A DNA stretch of 25,757 nucleotides from Candidatus Peregrinibacteria bacterium (GTDB lineage: Bacteria; Patescibacteriota; Gracilibacteria; Peribacterales; Peribacteraceae). This document shows, one piece after another, positions 1-8,312 of the stretch (position 1 is the first letter of the stretch; the number at the start of each line of letters is the position of its first letter). The stretch is from NCBI GenBank assembly GCA_016215715.1, contig JACRIG010000072.1:1-25757 (forward strand), in the 5' to 3' direction. The notes beneath the pieces were generated by a model. That model had not been told where the DNA came from, searched no databases, and saw only the letters and a list, made by a program, of their open reading frames with translations. A program made the translations under genes and the position numbers.

Positions 1-21
1 ATTGTTCTTAGCGCAAGTGTG

Positions 22-301
22 GTTGTTGGCGAATGTCGGTCGCCAGCAGCAAATTGACGATGTGCATAATCTATGATAAAAAGTACTACTCGGAATTCAC
101 AAGACGAATTCCGGGCGATCCTTTACATCAACGCTTTGAAATACAGTCCAAGATTTTTTTTCATATCTTTTTCTGGTGACAGCAATGTGCCTATATTTTT
201 GTAAGTACATTGCTGTTACCAGGAAATGTTCCTGACCCCCGCCATGCGGCGGGGATTTTATTTTTACCGCTCTCAGGTCTTCTGTGTAAAAAGACTGTGA
301 G
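22..301 (+). promoter_or_regulatory. Structured leader or putative sRNA upstream of the EhpF/GriC-like gene (five hairpins)
   Basis: Stems 22-32/40-50, 89-98/106-115, 173-190/205-222 (18 bp), 237-243/248-254 and 272-281/291-301 (one bulge). All mismatched pairs are G-U on the + strand. Confidence 0.45.
237..265 (+). terminator. Intrinsic terminator-like hairpin
   Basis: CCCCGCC-ATGC-GGCGGGG followed by ATTTTATTTTT. Confidence 0.6.
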
Positions 302-327
302 CAAAACCTAATGGAGGAGTGTCTGAC

Positions 328-1431
328 ATGAGTGATCGCATCCGAGAAGCCGCTGAAGCGCGCGATGCGCACCTGCGTAAGGTGATCGCGTGGCACTTCG
401 GCGAGGACACGGGCTGTGAGTTTTGGCTGAGCCAAAAGAAGACGCTGGGCTTTGACCCGATCGGGAAAATCCATGGGCTTGACGATCTCGTTGAGCACTT
501 CGGAAATTTCGACGGTGATCTGCACCTGCGTACGGTGCCTGCCAAAGACTGGAAGCCAAGGGGAATGGCCGAAGACCAGGGGACCATGTGGTGGACCGGC
601 GGCACGACCGGCGCTCCGAAACGGCGCTGGGGCCGAAGGAGCATGGATCCGAACAAGTCCGACTACGCCTGGGATTACACGACGTTTTCCCAGATGCTGC
701 CGGCAGAAGGGTTCCCGCACGGAGGCTCCTGTCTCTACATCGGCCCCGGCGGTCCGCGTCGGTTGCCCCGTGGCGTCGAAGTCCTCGCGCACATTCGCAA
801 GGCCGAATTCAACCTCATCGACATGGATGTCGGATGGATGAAGAATCCCAACAACACCTGCGAGAACGCCTACAAGAATGAACTCGTCCAAAGGGCCATC
901 GGAGCCATCCGTCGTGACAAGCCGGATTGGATCTTCTGTCCCCCCATCCTCGTCGAGGCCATCGGCGAGCTCATCGACTGGACGCAAACGGGCGTCAAAG
1001 GCGTGTTTGCAGGCGGTACCGAAATGATTCCCGAGATGGTCCGCAACATGATGCTGAATCTGTTCAAGGGCAAGATCCATTTCGTTCCGGCCTTCGGCAA
1101 CGCATTGGTCGGGCTGGCAGCGCCGAGGACGATCGCAACCTTCGATCAGCCGATCGCGGGACAGCGGCCGTTCTCCATCACTTATCAGCCTCTCCAGCCG
1201 CGTACGCTCCTGCGTGTCACCAACCCGAAAGACCACCGTCAGCTCGTCGAGTACGGTACGCGTGGCCGCATGGAAATCACGACCGCCACATACGAATGGT
1301 TCATGCCGCGCTTCGTTGAGCGTGACGAGGCCGAGCGTGTGGCACCGACGGATGACTATCCGTGGGATGGCGTGTGCGAAGTCGGCCCTCCTCCTGAGCT
1401 CAGGGGCGTGGGCAGGGTCGGCGTCTATTAA
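328..1431 (+). CDS. EhpF/GriC-like short adenylate-forming enzyme (PaaK/LuxE-related), 367 aa
   Basis: Motifs WHF..TG..FWL...LGFDPI, P-loop TGGTTGAPK (595-621), GGTE, VEYG.RG, PRFVERD.A.R and C-terminal GVY match the EhpF/GriC family as I recall it. SD GGAGGAG (313-319) favours ATG 328 over GTG 319. Confidence 0.8.
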   Translation: MSDRIREAAEARDAHLRKVIAWHFGEDTGCEFWLSQKKTLGFDPIGKIHGLDDLVEHFGNFDGDLHLRTVPAKDWKPRGMAEDQGTMWWTGGTTGAPKRRWGRRSMDPNKSDYAWDYTTFSQMLPAEGFPHGGSCLYIGPGGPRRLPRGVEVLAHIRKAEFNLIDMDVGWMKNPNNTCENAYKNELVQRAIGAIRRDKPDWIFCPPILVEAIGELIDWTQTGVKGVFAGGTEMIPEMVRNMMLNLFKGKIHFVPAFGNALVGLAAPRTIATFDQPIAGQRPFSITYQPLQPRTLLRVTNPKDHRQLVEYGTRGRMEITTATYEWFMPRFVERDEAERVAPTDDYPWDGVCEVGPPPELRGVGRVGVY

Positions 1432-1471
1432 CCAGATCGAAAACAACAAACAAGAAAGGAGACGATAAGAA

Positions 1472-2896
1472 ATGATCACGAACGCTCGCATCCCCATTCT
1501 CCGCTTCGGCGAAGAATATCACAGCGTCACTCAGCTTCCGGTTGCTGACCTGGGAACAGGTGAGCAGCTGGCGACGCTGAGTCAGGCGCTGGAAAGCATG
1601 ATCGCAACGGACTGCCTGCGAGGAGGAAAATTGCAACTGGCGTCGGAGACGCTCCGAAACATCCCAGTCCGCCGCCGCATCGCTATGTCAGTCGCGGCCG
1701 CGGACATCTTCCGAAACGAAACGCTCGATTGCGGCGGGGTTCCCCAGAGCCCCGACGACTACATCGGGCTGCTGGCACAGACGAGCGGATTGTCCCATGC
1801 ACTCGCACGGGCCAACACCGACCGCATCTGTACGGCACTGGTCAACACCGCAGACATCATGAAAGGACTCTCGCGCGACCTGCCACTCGAGATCCTCGAC
1901 ACCGGCCTTGGCGTGCAGGGCAACTCAACCGTCCGGCTCATTCCGCGAATTCCGGCACTGGGCTGCTGCATGCCCAACAACTCACCGGGCGTGAATGTGA
2001 TCTGGCTGATCGCACTTCCGTTCGGTATCCCGGTGCTCATCAGGCCGGGAAGCAGCGAGCCTCTCACCCCGTATCGTCTGATCCAGGCGCACATCAAAGC
2101 GGGGTATCCGCCGCAGGTGTTCGGCTTCTATCCGTGCGGTCACGAAGGAGCAAATCGCATCCCCCTTCTCACACAGGGTGCGATCGTGTTCGGTTCCGAC
2201 GCAACAGTAAGGCAGTGGGCGGGCAATCCGCTCGTGCAGATCCACGGCGCAGGGTTCAGCAAATTGTTCATCGGCGATGACCGCATCGGCGACTGGCAAT
2301 CGCTGATTCCTGCGATCGCGGACAATGTCGGTGCCAACAGCGGTCGTAGCTGCTTCGCTGTTTCCACCGTCAACGTTCCCCGTCATGGCAAGGAGATTGC
2401 TGCGGCACTGGCCGCGAAACTTGCCACGATGGTGCCGTTGCCGCTGGATGATCCTAACGCGATGCTGTCCGCCATGGCCATGCCGAATGCGGCGGCAGGC
2501 TGGAGCGCGGAAATCGATGAAGCCCTGAAGAGCGGCGGCGCGGTCGACATGAGTGCGGCGCATCGGCCTGATCGGCTCGTCACATTCCAGGGACGAACCT
2601 ATCTGCTGCCGACGGTCGTGTTCTGCGACAGCAACGCACATCCGCTCGCCCGCAAAGAGTACCTGTTCCCGTACGTCTGCGTCGTCGATTGTCCGACGGA
2701 CACTGCCTTTGCCGAGATGGGTCCAACCCTTTCGCTCGCCGTCTATACCAAGGACGCCGCGCTGAAGGGGAAGGCCCGACGGAGTAAGGCACGTCTCGTC
2801 AGTATCAACCAGCCAACGTTCAGGCTGGACCGTACCCAACCGCATGAAGAAGAACTCTTCCCACTGTTTTGGGAGCGGCTCAGCTACGTCGTGTAG
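1472..2896 (+). CDS. ALDH-fold acyl reductase, EhpG/GriD/LuxC-like, 474 aa
   Basis: PNNSPGVN, VFGSD, catalytic-Cys motif NSGRSC (Cys codon 2351-2353), EYLFP. HGAGFSK sits where hydrolytic ALDHs have ELGGK. SD AAGGAG at 1456-1461. Confidence 0.8.
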   Translation: MITNARIPILRFGEEYHSVTQLPVADLGTGEQLATLSQALESMIATDCLRGGKLQLASETLRNIPVRRRIAMSVAAADIFRNETLDCGGVPQSPDDYIGLLAQTSGLSHALARANTDRICTALVNTADIMKGLSRDLPLEILDTGLGVQGNSTVRLIPRIPALGCCMPNNSPGVNVIWLIALPFGIPVLIRPGSSEPLTPYRLIQAHIKAGYPPQVFGFYPCGHEGANRIPLLTQGAIVFGSDATVRQWAGNPLVQIHGAGFSKLFIGDDRIGDWQSLIPAIADNVGANSGRSCFAVSTVNVPRHGKEIAAALAAKLATMVPLPLDDPNAMLSAMAMPNAAAGWSAEIDEALKSGGAVDMSAAHRPDRLVTFQGRTYLLPTVVFCDSNAHPLARKEYLFPYVCVVDCPTDTAFAEMGPTLSLAVYTKDAALKGKARRSKARLVSINQPTFRLDRTQPHEEELFPLFWERLSYVV

Positions 2897-2925
2897 AAGG
2901 ACGTATTTCAAACGTTGATGTAATC

Positions 2926-2961
2926 GCCCCCTCCCGCACAGTCGCGGGAGGGGGCATTTTT
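2926..2961 (+). terminator. Intrinsic terminator of the reductase pair
   Basis: Perfect 12-bp stem GCCCCCTCCCGC (2926-2937)/GCGGGAGGGGGC (2944-2955) followed by ATTTTT. Confidence 0.85.
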
Positions 2962-2988
2962 GCAGAAAATTTCAGACTATTTTTCCTG

Positions 2989-4197
2989 TTACTCCGGCAA
3001 CATCGGCCCCGCCGGAATTTCTTCCGTGGCGGCTGCGTGTGTCGGAATCAGAACTGTCCCGAAGTGCTGCACCCACATGCCGTCCCGGATGCCGAAGCCG
3101 ACTTCTTTGTAGTCACTGCTGAGGATGGCGGCGCGGTGGGCGGGGGATTCCATCCAGGCCATCATCGCATCCCGCGACGTGCGCGCACCGCGCACGAGAT
3201 TTTCGGCCAGCAGGTAACCCTTCACGCAGAAGCAGTCCGCGCTGAAGGTGCGGTTGCGGTACCCCGCGCGTTCCATACGCTCTTTGAGTGTTTCGCCTTC
3301 GGGACTCGTGTGGTTGAAGTAGCCGCGCGACACCATGTCTTCGGCATACGACTGCGCGGACGTTTCGAGTCGGGTGCTGTACCGCAGCGGCCGCAGTGCC
3401 TGCGCAGTGCGGACATTATTCACGAGCATCATCATTTCCATCCGCATCTCCGGAATGCTCTTCGGGGGCTCGGGCGGAGGGGCGGGAGCGGGCGGCGGCG
3501 CCTTCGCAATCTCCTTTGGAGAAGGTTCGAATGTGACTTTCAGGCGCTTCGTCGAGACGACGAGGTAGAGCTGGAGATCGTTGAGCCCGTCGTTTTCCAT
3601 CCGTTCCCGGGGCGTTCCCTGCGTACTGCGTTTTATAGCCTCCGGCGTAAAGAGCCCGCGGCTTTTGAGAATCACTTCGAGTGCGTGCGACGCCTCCTGC
3701 TGCGTGAGCAATTGATTCGGCGAGAGAGCGAAGGAGTCCGGGTCGTGCGGGAAGAGATTCCACTGCGTAGCGATGCCGACGTACTTCGCATACCACGCGT
3801 CCGATGGGACGTCGGTGTAGATGGTCGGGAGATTTTCAGGCAGACGGAACGTGCGGCTGAGCATCGTCAGGTACTCCGCGCGCGTGACGGCCTCTTCCGG
3901 AAACACGCGGTGTTCGCTGTCTGCCTCTACGATGCCCTCGTGTTCCGCAGCTCTCATGTACGGGTCGAACCATGCATCTGCGGGGAGATCCGCGAACTGC
4001 TTTCCTGAGTCGTAGGAGGGGAGCGCTGCACTGCGCGACAGCAGCAGCGAGGTCGCGGCCTGCGCTCTGCTGACTGTCTCGCCGCCCGCGGGAGCGGCTG
4101 CTCCCATGAGGAGCGGCAGTATCATCATGATCAACCCGATGAGTGCAATACGCCGTTTTGGCATTGTTTTTGTGTCTGAAGGGTATATTTCCTCCAC
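2989..4197 (-). CDS. Secreted protein with S-layer homology (SLH) repeats, Pro-rich linker and C-terminal CAP (SCP) domain
   Basis: Signal-like MPKRRIALIGLIMMILPLLMGAAA (alternative start ATG 4164). SLH motifs FADLPADAWF...TRAE and YTDVPSDAWY. CAP motifs YFNHTSPEG, AENL, WMESPAHRAAIL, VGFG. Confidence 0.85.
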   Translation of the reverse strand: MEEIYPSDTKTMPKRRIALIGLIMMILPLLMGAAAPAGGETVSRAQAATSLLLSRSAALPSYDSGKQFADLPADAWFDPYMRAAEHEGIVEADSEHRVFPEEAVTRAEYLTMLSRTFRLPENLPTIYTDVPSDAWYAKYVGIATQWNLFPHDPDSFALSPNQLLTQQEASHALEVILKSRGLFTPEAIKRSTQGTPRERMENDGLNDLQLYLVVSTKRLKVTFEPSPKEIAKAPPPAPAPPPEPPKSIPEMRMEMMMLVNNVRTAQALRPLRYSTRLETSAQSYAEDMVSRGYFNHTSPEGETLKERMERAGYRNRTFSADCFCVKGYLLAENLVRGARTSRDAMMAWMESPAHRAAILSSDYKEVGFGIRDGMWVQHFGTVLIPTHAAATEEIPAGPMLPE

Positions 4198-4202
4198 TTA
4201 TT

Positions 4203-4211
4203 ATTATATCA
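4203..4211 (-). promoter_or_regulatory. Extended -10 promoter TGa-TATAAT for the SLH-CAP gene
   Basis: Consensus TGnTATAAT on the - strand ending 5 nt before GTG 4197. Confidence 0.6.
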
Positions 4212-4266
4212 TAAAATTACTGTTCTAACAATCATCTTCCTTCTCCTTTCAGGTCTGTAAAATGCC

Positions 4267-4299
4267 TTTACGGGTGTATTCTCTGCCAGTAGGATGTCG
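4267..4299 (+). promoter_or_regulatory. Putative sigma70 promoter for rplO-secY
   Basis: TTTACG (4267-4272), 17 nt, TAGGAT (4290-4295). Confidence 0.5.
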
Positions 4300-4321
4300 G
4301 TCCAATCTGACTTCTCTTTCC

Positions 4322-4762
4322 ATGCTTCACACCCTCCGTCCGGCATCCGGCTCAAAATTCAGACGCAAGCGCGTCGGACGCGGCAGTGCCGCGGGCGGGG
4401 GAACCACCGCCGGACGCGGAGGAAAAGGCCAGCAGTCGCGCACGGGCAAGGGTCGCCGCTTCGGCTTCGAGGGCGGACAGATGCCGCTCCTGCGCCGTCA
4501 GCCCAAGCTCGGAGGATTTAAGCGCCCGCGCCGCGTGACCTTTGAGCCGCTCAATCTCGATCTGCTCGAAGCGCGTCTCGAGGCCGGTACGTATGATCTG
4601 GCAGCGCTGCGTGCGAAGCGGATTCTGAAAACGGACAGGCCGGTGAAGCTGCTCGGCAACGGCAAACTTACCAAGAAGTTTGCTATCGAAGTCCATGCCG
4701 CATCGAAGAGTGCGAAGAAAGCGCTGGAGGCGGCGGGCGGGAAAATCACGATCGTGCGATAG
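4322..4762 (+). CDS. rplO: 50S ribosomal protein L15
   Basis: LRPASGS.FRRKRVGRG...GGTTAGRGGKGQ.SR, GFEGGQMPL.RR.PK.GGF, KLLGNG.L. Start set at ATG 4322. Confidence 0.97.
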   Translation: MLHTLRPASGSKFRRKRVGRGSAAGGGTTAGRGGKGQQSRTGKGRRFGFEGGQMPLLRRQPKLGGFKRPRRVTFEPLNLDLLEARLEAGTYDLAALRAKRILKTDRPVKLLGNGKLTKKFAIEVHAASKSAKKALEAAGGKITIVR

Positions 4763-4770
4763 TTCATCCT

Positions 4771-6048
4771 ATGCTCACCTACCTCCGACAAATCTGGCAC
4801 ACCGAGGATCTGCGCAAACGCATTCTCATCACGGTCTTCATCCTGACGCTCTATCGTCTGCTCGCGCATACGCCGATCCCAGGCGCCGATCCGTTCGCGC
4901 TCAAACAATTTCTGACCAACCGCGAAGCGGGCGGATTCCTCGGCGTCTTTGCGGCGCTCACCGGAGGAGCGGTCGATAACTTCTCCATCGCGCTTCTGGG
5001 ACTCAGCCCCTACATCAACGCCTCGATCATCATCCAGCTGTGCACCGTCATCTTCCCGAAACTGGAAGCGCTCAGCAAAGAAGGCGTGCAGGGACAGCAG
5101 GAGCTCAATCGCTACATGCGCTACCTCAGTGTCCCGCTTGCGTTCCTCCAGAGTTACGGTTTCCTCCTGATTCTCGCGCAGGGCGGTGCGAACATTGTCG
5201 ACACGACATTCCCGGGAGTGCTCCTGCCGATGATCTTTGTGACGACGGGTTCACTCCTCATCATGTGGCTGGGGGAACTCATCACCGAGAAGGGCATCGG
5301 CAACGGCATCTCGCTCATCATTTTCGCGGGCATTGTCGCCAGCATCCCCGCAAGCATCAGTTCGATGTTCCTCGCGGGAGGTGACAAGCTCGGTCCTTTC
5401 TACTTTTTTGCGCTCGTCTCGGTGGGGCTTCTGATAGCCGTCGTTCTCTTTACCGACGCCCATCGCGCACTGCCGCTCACCTACGCCAATCAGGGCTCGG
5501 GTCGGGGGGTGCAGGGGACGCTGCCCATCCGGCTCAATCAGGCGGGCATGATTCCGATTCTCTTCGCGATTTCCCTGCTCACGTTCCCGACCATCCTCGC
5601 GCAGTTCATGGTTACGTCTCCGCGCTTCGAGAGCGTGGCGCAGTTCATCACCATCTACATGAATCCCCAGACGCCCAGCTACGCGTACATCGGGATGTAT
5701 TTTGCCCTCGTCGTCGCCTTCACTTTCTTCTACGTCTCGGTGACCTTCAAGCCGCACGACCTTGCCGAGACCATCCAGAAGCGCGGCGGGTTCATCCCCG
5801 GTGTGCGTCCCGGTCCGCAGACGGCGAAAGTGCTGGAGCAGACGAGTCTGCGTCTCAACCTCTGGGGTGGTCTTTTCCTCGGCGTGGTGGCGGTCATTCC
5901 GCTCTTCTTCACGAAGTTCTCGACGCTCAGCAGCAGTGACCTGATTCTCTCGGGCTCGGGACTGATCATCATCGTCGGCGTCGTCATGGAACTCATCCGT
6001 CAGGTGAACGCGCAGATGCTGGCGCATGATTATGAGAAGTTGGTGTAA
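4771..6048 (+). CDS. secY: Preprotein translocase SecY
   Basis: SIALLGLSPYINASIIIQL, WLGELITEKGIGNGISLIIFAGIV, P+RLNQAGMIPI+FA, GGFIPGVRPG; multi-TM. Confidence 0.98.
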   Translation: MLTYLRQIWHTEDLRKRILITVFILTLYRLLAHTPIPGADPFALKQFLTNREAGGFLGVFAALTGGAVDNFSIALLGLSPYINASIIIQLCTVIFPKLEALSKEGVQGQQELNRYMRYLSVPLAFLQSYGFLLILAQGGANIVDTTFPGVLLPMIFVTTGSLLIMWLGELITEKGIGNGISLIIFAGIVASIPASISSMFLAGGDKLGPFYFFALVSVGLLIAVVLFTDAHRALPLTYANQGSGRGVQGTLPIRLNQAGMIPILFAISLLTFPTILAQFMVTSPRFESVAQFITIYMNPQTPSYAYIGMYFALVVAFTFFYVSVTFKPHDLAETIQKRGGFIPGVRPGPQTAKVLEQTSLRLNLWGGLFLGVVAVIPLFFTKFSTLSSSDLILSGSGLIIIVGVVMELIRQVNAQMLAHDYEKLV

Positions 6049-6104
6049 TCATTAAGGCCTGAATATTTGTATGTAAGCGCTATGCAGTGCTACACTTTCA
6101 TCCT

Positions 6105-6470
6105 ATGCGTCCCCGAAAGAATCGTACACAATCGACAGGAAAGGCGAGAGAAACGACCTCATTTTCGGCATTAGTACCGCGGAATTTCCGTTTACCGGCC
6201 AGATTTAATGCGGCGGTAGGTCGAAACGCCGATGGGAAACCCGTGTGGTTCCTTTTCGATCTCATCGCATTTTGGGAATTCATCTGCAACATTGATGAGC
6301 GAATGCATGAGTCTCTGTCCGATGAAACGTATGAAAAATTATCGCTCGGTCCCATCATTGATGGATTGGAAAAAGATTGGCCCTTTGATAAGAAATTCAT
6401 GGCGAATGTGCAGAAGTCCTATAAAAAAGCCCTTCGCGATATCAAGGCAGGGAAAACACGTTCCCTCTGA
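6105..6470 (+). CDS. Putative type II antitoxin (divergent, possibly Phd/YefM-like core)
   Basis: Lies immediately upstream of a RelE toxin (3-nt gap). GRNADGKPVWFLFD resembles the Phd beta-segment. The end SYKKALRDIKAGKTRSL resembles common antitoxin C-termini. TGc-TACACT at 6088-6096 supports ATG 6105. Confidence 0.65.
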   Translation: MRPRKNRTQSTGKARETTSFSALVPRNFRLPARFNAAVGRNADGKPVWFLFDLIAFWEFICNIDERMHESLSDETYEKLSLGPIIDGLEKDWPFDKKFMANVQKSYKKALRDIKAGKTRSL

Positions 6471-6473
6471 ACG

Positions 6474-6737
6474 ATGAAATATCGTTTCATTCTCACACAT
6501 ACAGCTCAGCACAATTTGAGCAAGTTGGAACCCCGCATCCGGTTGATGATAGAAAAGAAATTGAAGCAATATCTTTCCTCTGACAATCCGATGCGTTTTG
6601 CCGTGCCTGTTGTGCACCTTCCTCCGGCTACGCATCGTTTTCGTGTCGGCGATTATCGGGTGATGTTCTTTCGGGAAGAGAGTATTTTCTGCATTATTTG
6701 CGTCGAGCGTCGCGATAAAGTGTATCGCATGCCATAA
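6474..6737 (+). CDS. relE: RelE/ParE-family toxin
   Basis: 87 aa, basic; Y.F.LT..A...L.KL, HRFRVGDYRVMF, VERRDKVYR. Confidence 0.88.
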   Translation: MKYRFILTHTAQHNLSKLEPRIRLMIEKKLKQYLSSDNPMRFAVPVVHLPPATHRFRVGDYRVMFFREESIFCIICVERRDKVYRMP

Positions 6738-6750
6738 CTTTTTTCTTTCC

Positions 6751-7320
6751 ATGGACCTCGTCCTCTTCGGTATCCAGGGCTCCGGCAAAGGAACGCAGGC
6801 AAAATTGCTTGCGAAGGAATTTGGGTATCATATTTTTGAAACAGGTGCGGAGCTGCGGAAAATTGCGGCATCGGGAACGGAACTCGGCAACAGCGTGAAG
6901 TCGTATATTGATGCAGGGAATCTTGCGCCGCATGAAATTGTGATGGAAGTGGTGCGCGAAGCGGTGGCCGCGATTCCTCCGGATCAAAAAATTCTCTTCG
7001 ACGGCATTCCGCGTGATCTCGTGCAGATGGCTGACTTCGATCGTGTCATTACGGAAGCGGGGCGCAGCTTTCGCTGTCTTCAGATCGTTGCGGATGCAGA
7101 GCTCTGCATTCAGCGCATCCTCTCTCGCGCGCAGAAGGAAGGAAGAGCGGATGATCAGCAGGAAACATCCATCCGCCGCCGGATGCAGCTCTTCACCGAT
7201 AAAACGGTGCCGGTGATTGAGACGTACCGCGCGCAGGGGAAAATGATTGATGTGGATGGAGAGGGGACGGTGGAGGAAGTGTATGGGAGAGTGAAAAATG
7301 CGTTAGATGAAAAATTTTAA
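6751..7320 (+). CDS. adk: Adenylate kinase (short-LID type)
   Basis: GIQGSGKGTQA P-loop, FDGIPR, GRADD. Confidence 0.96.
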   Translation: MDLVLFGIQGSGKGTQAKLLAKEFGYHIFETGAELRKIAASGTELGNSVKSYIDAGNLAPHEIVMEVVREAVAAIPPDQKILFDGIPRDLVQMADFDRVITEAGRSFRCLQIVADAELCIQRILSRAQKEGRADDQQETSIRRRMQLFTDKTVPVIETYRAQGKMIDVDGEGTVEEVYGRVKNALDEKF

Positions 7321-7325
7321 AAACT

Positions 7326-7427
7326 AGCAGCAGCCCTCCGTGGCTGCGGGAGGGTGAGCAACCGCGTGTATCTTGCTGACGCCGCAGCCGGGGACGGTCC
7401 TGCGGGACCCCTGCGGGGGCTGCTGCT
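7326..7427. other. GC-rich multibranched inverted-repeat element between adk and map
   Basis: Outer 11-bp stem 7326-7336/7417-7427; inner stems 7342-7349/7382-7389, 7357-7361/7373-7377 and 7396-7400/7405-7409. Confidence 0.6.
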
Positions 7428-7469
7428 GGGTACTTTAAAAATTGCAGGATCAAATATCAGACAACATTC

Positions 7470-7478
7470 TGGTAGACT
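7470..7478 (+). promoter_or_regulatory. Extended -10 TGg-TAGACT, leaderless-type promoter for map
   Basis: Hexamer ends 6 nt before ATG 7485; no SD. Confidence 0.55.
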
Positions 7479-7484
7479 CCCCCC

Positions 7485-8231
7485 ATGGGTCATTTCCAGG
7501 TTTTCACGGACGCCGAGCTCGCTTCCATCCGCAGAGGCGGGAAAATTCTCGCGGCCTGTCTGCAGATGCTTCGCGGAGAAGTACACGAGGGGATTACGAC
7601 AGGAGAACTGGATCGTATCGCCGAGAAATTCATTCTCGACGAAGGCGGCATCCCTGCATTCAAGGGCTATCACACGTTTCCTGCCACGCTTTGTACTTCA
7701 GTGAATGAAGAGTGTGTCCACGGCATTCCGGGGAAGCGCGTTCTCGCAGACGGCGATATCGTTGCGCTCGATTGCGGTGTGATCATGGATGGTCTCTACA
7801 CCGATGCGTGCATTTCCGTTGCGGTTGGTGCAGTCAGTCCGGATGCAGCGAAACTTTTGAAAGTCACGGAGGAAGCGCTCGAGCGAGCGGTCTCTGTCGT
7901 CCACGCGGGGGCGAAAGTCGGCGATATTTCGGGGACGATTCAGGAGTACGTGCAGTCACACGGTTGTTCCTGTGTGGATGCTCTCACCGGTCACGGACTT
8001 GGTACAACGCTCCATCAGTTTCCCGATATTCCGAACGTCGGACGAAAGGGGACAGGGCCGGTGCTTCCCGTCGGTGCCCTGATTGCGGTCGAACCGATTG
8101 TCGCGCTGGGCAAAGGACGGATTCATCAGGAGGATGACGGATGGACGATCAGAACCTCTGACCGCAGTCTCGCGGCGCATTTTGAACACACGCTTTTGGT
8201 GACGGAGGGAGGGTGTGAGGTTATTGCGTGA
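7485..8231 (+). CDS. map: Methionine aminopeptidase type I
   Basis: CTSVNEECVHGIP, DCG...DG.YTD, GHGLG..LHQ.P, EP, AHFEHT. Confidence 0.97.
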   Translation: MGHFQVFTDAELASIRRGGKILAACLQMLRGEVHEGITTGELDRIAEKFILDEGGIPAFKGYHTFPATLCTSVNEECVHGIPGKRVLADGDIVALDCGVIMDGLYTDACISVAVGAVSPDAAKLLKVTEEALERAVSVVHAGAKVGDISGTIQEYVQSHGCSCVDALTGHGLGTTLHQFPDIPNVGRKGTGPVLPVGALIAVEPIVALGKGRIHQEDDGWTIRTSDRSLAAHFEHTLLVTEGGCEVIA

Positions 8232-8312
8232 TCCTTTAATTATTATTAAATAACAAAATGTAATTTATGCAAGACAATTTTTGGATAATCCCTCCTAATT
8301 CCACCCATACGC

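Noticed and set aside
173-222. Integron attC site or CRISPR repeat interpretation of the long hairpin
   Set aside because: No RYYYAAC/GTTRRRY boxes and no repeat-spacer periodicity; no CRISPR array seen anywhere in the window
97-1497. 466-aa ORF on the - strand
   Set aside because: Antisense shadow of the motif-bearing EhpF/GriC-like gene; no recognisable motifs
1982-4008. 309-aa (-) and 379-aa (+) ORFs
   Set aside because: Shadows of the reductase and SLH-CAP genes, expected in high-GC DNA
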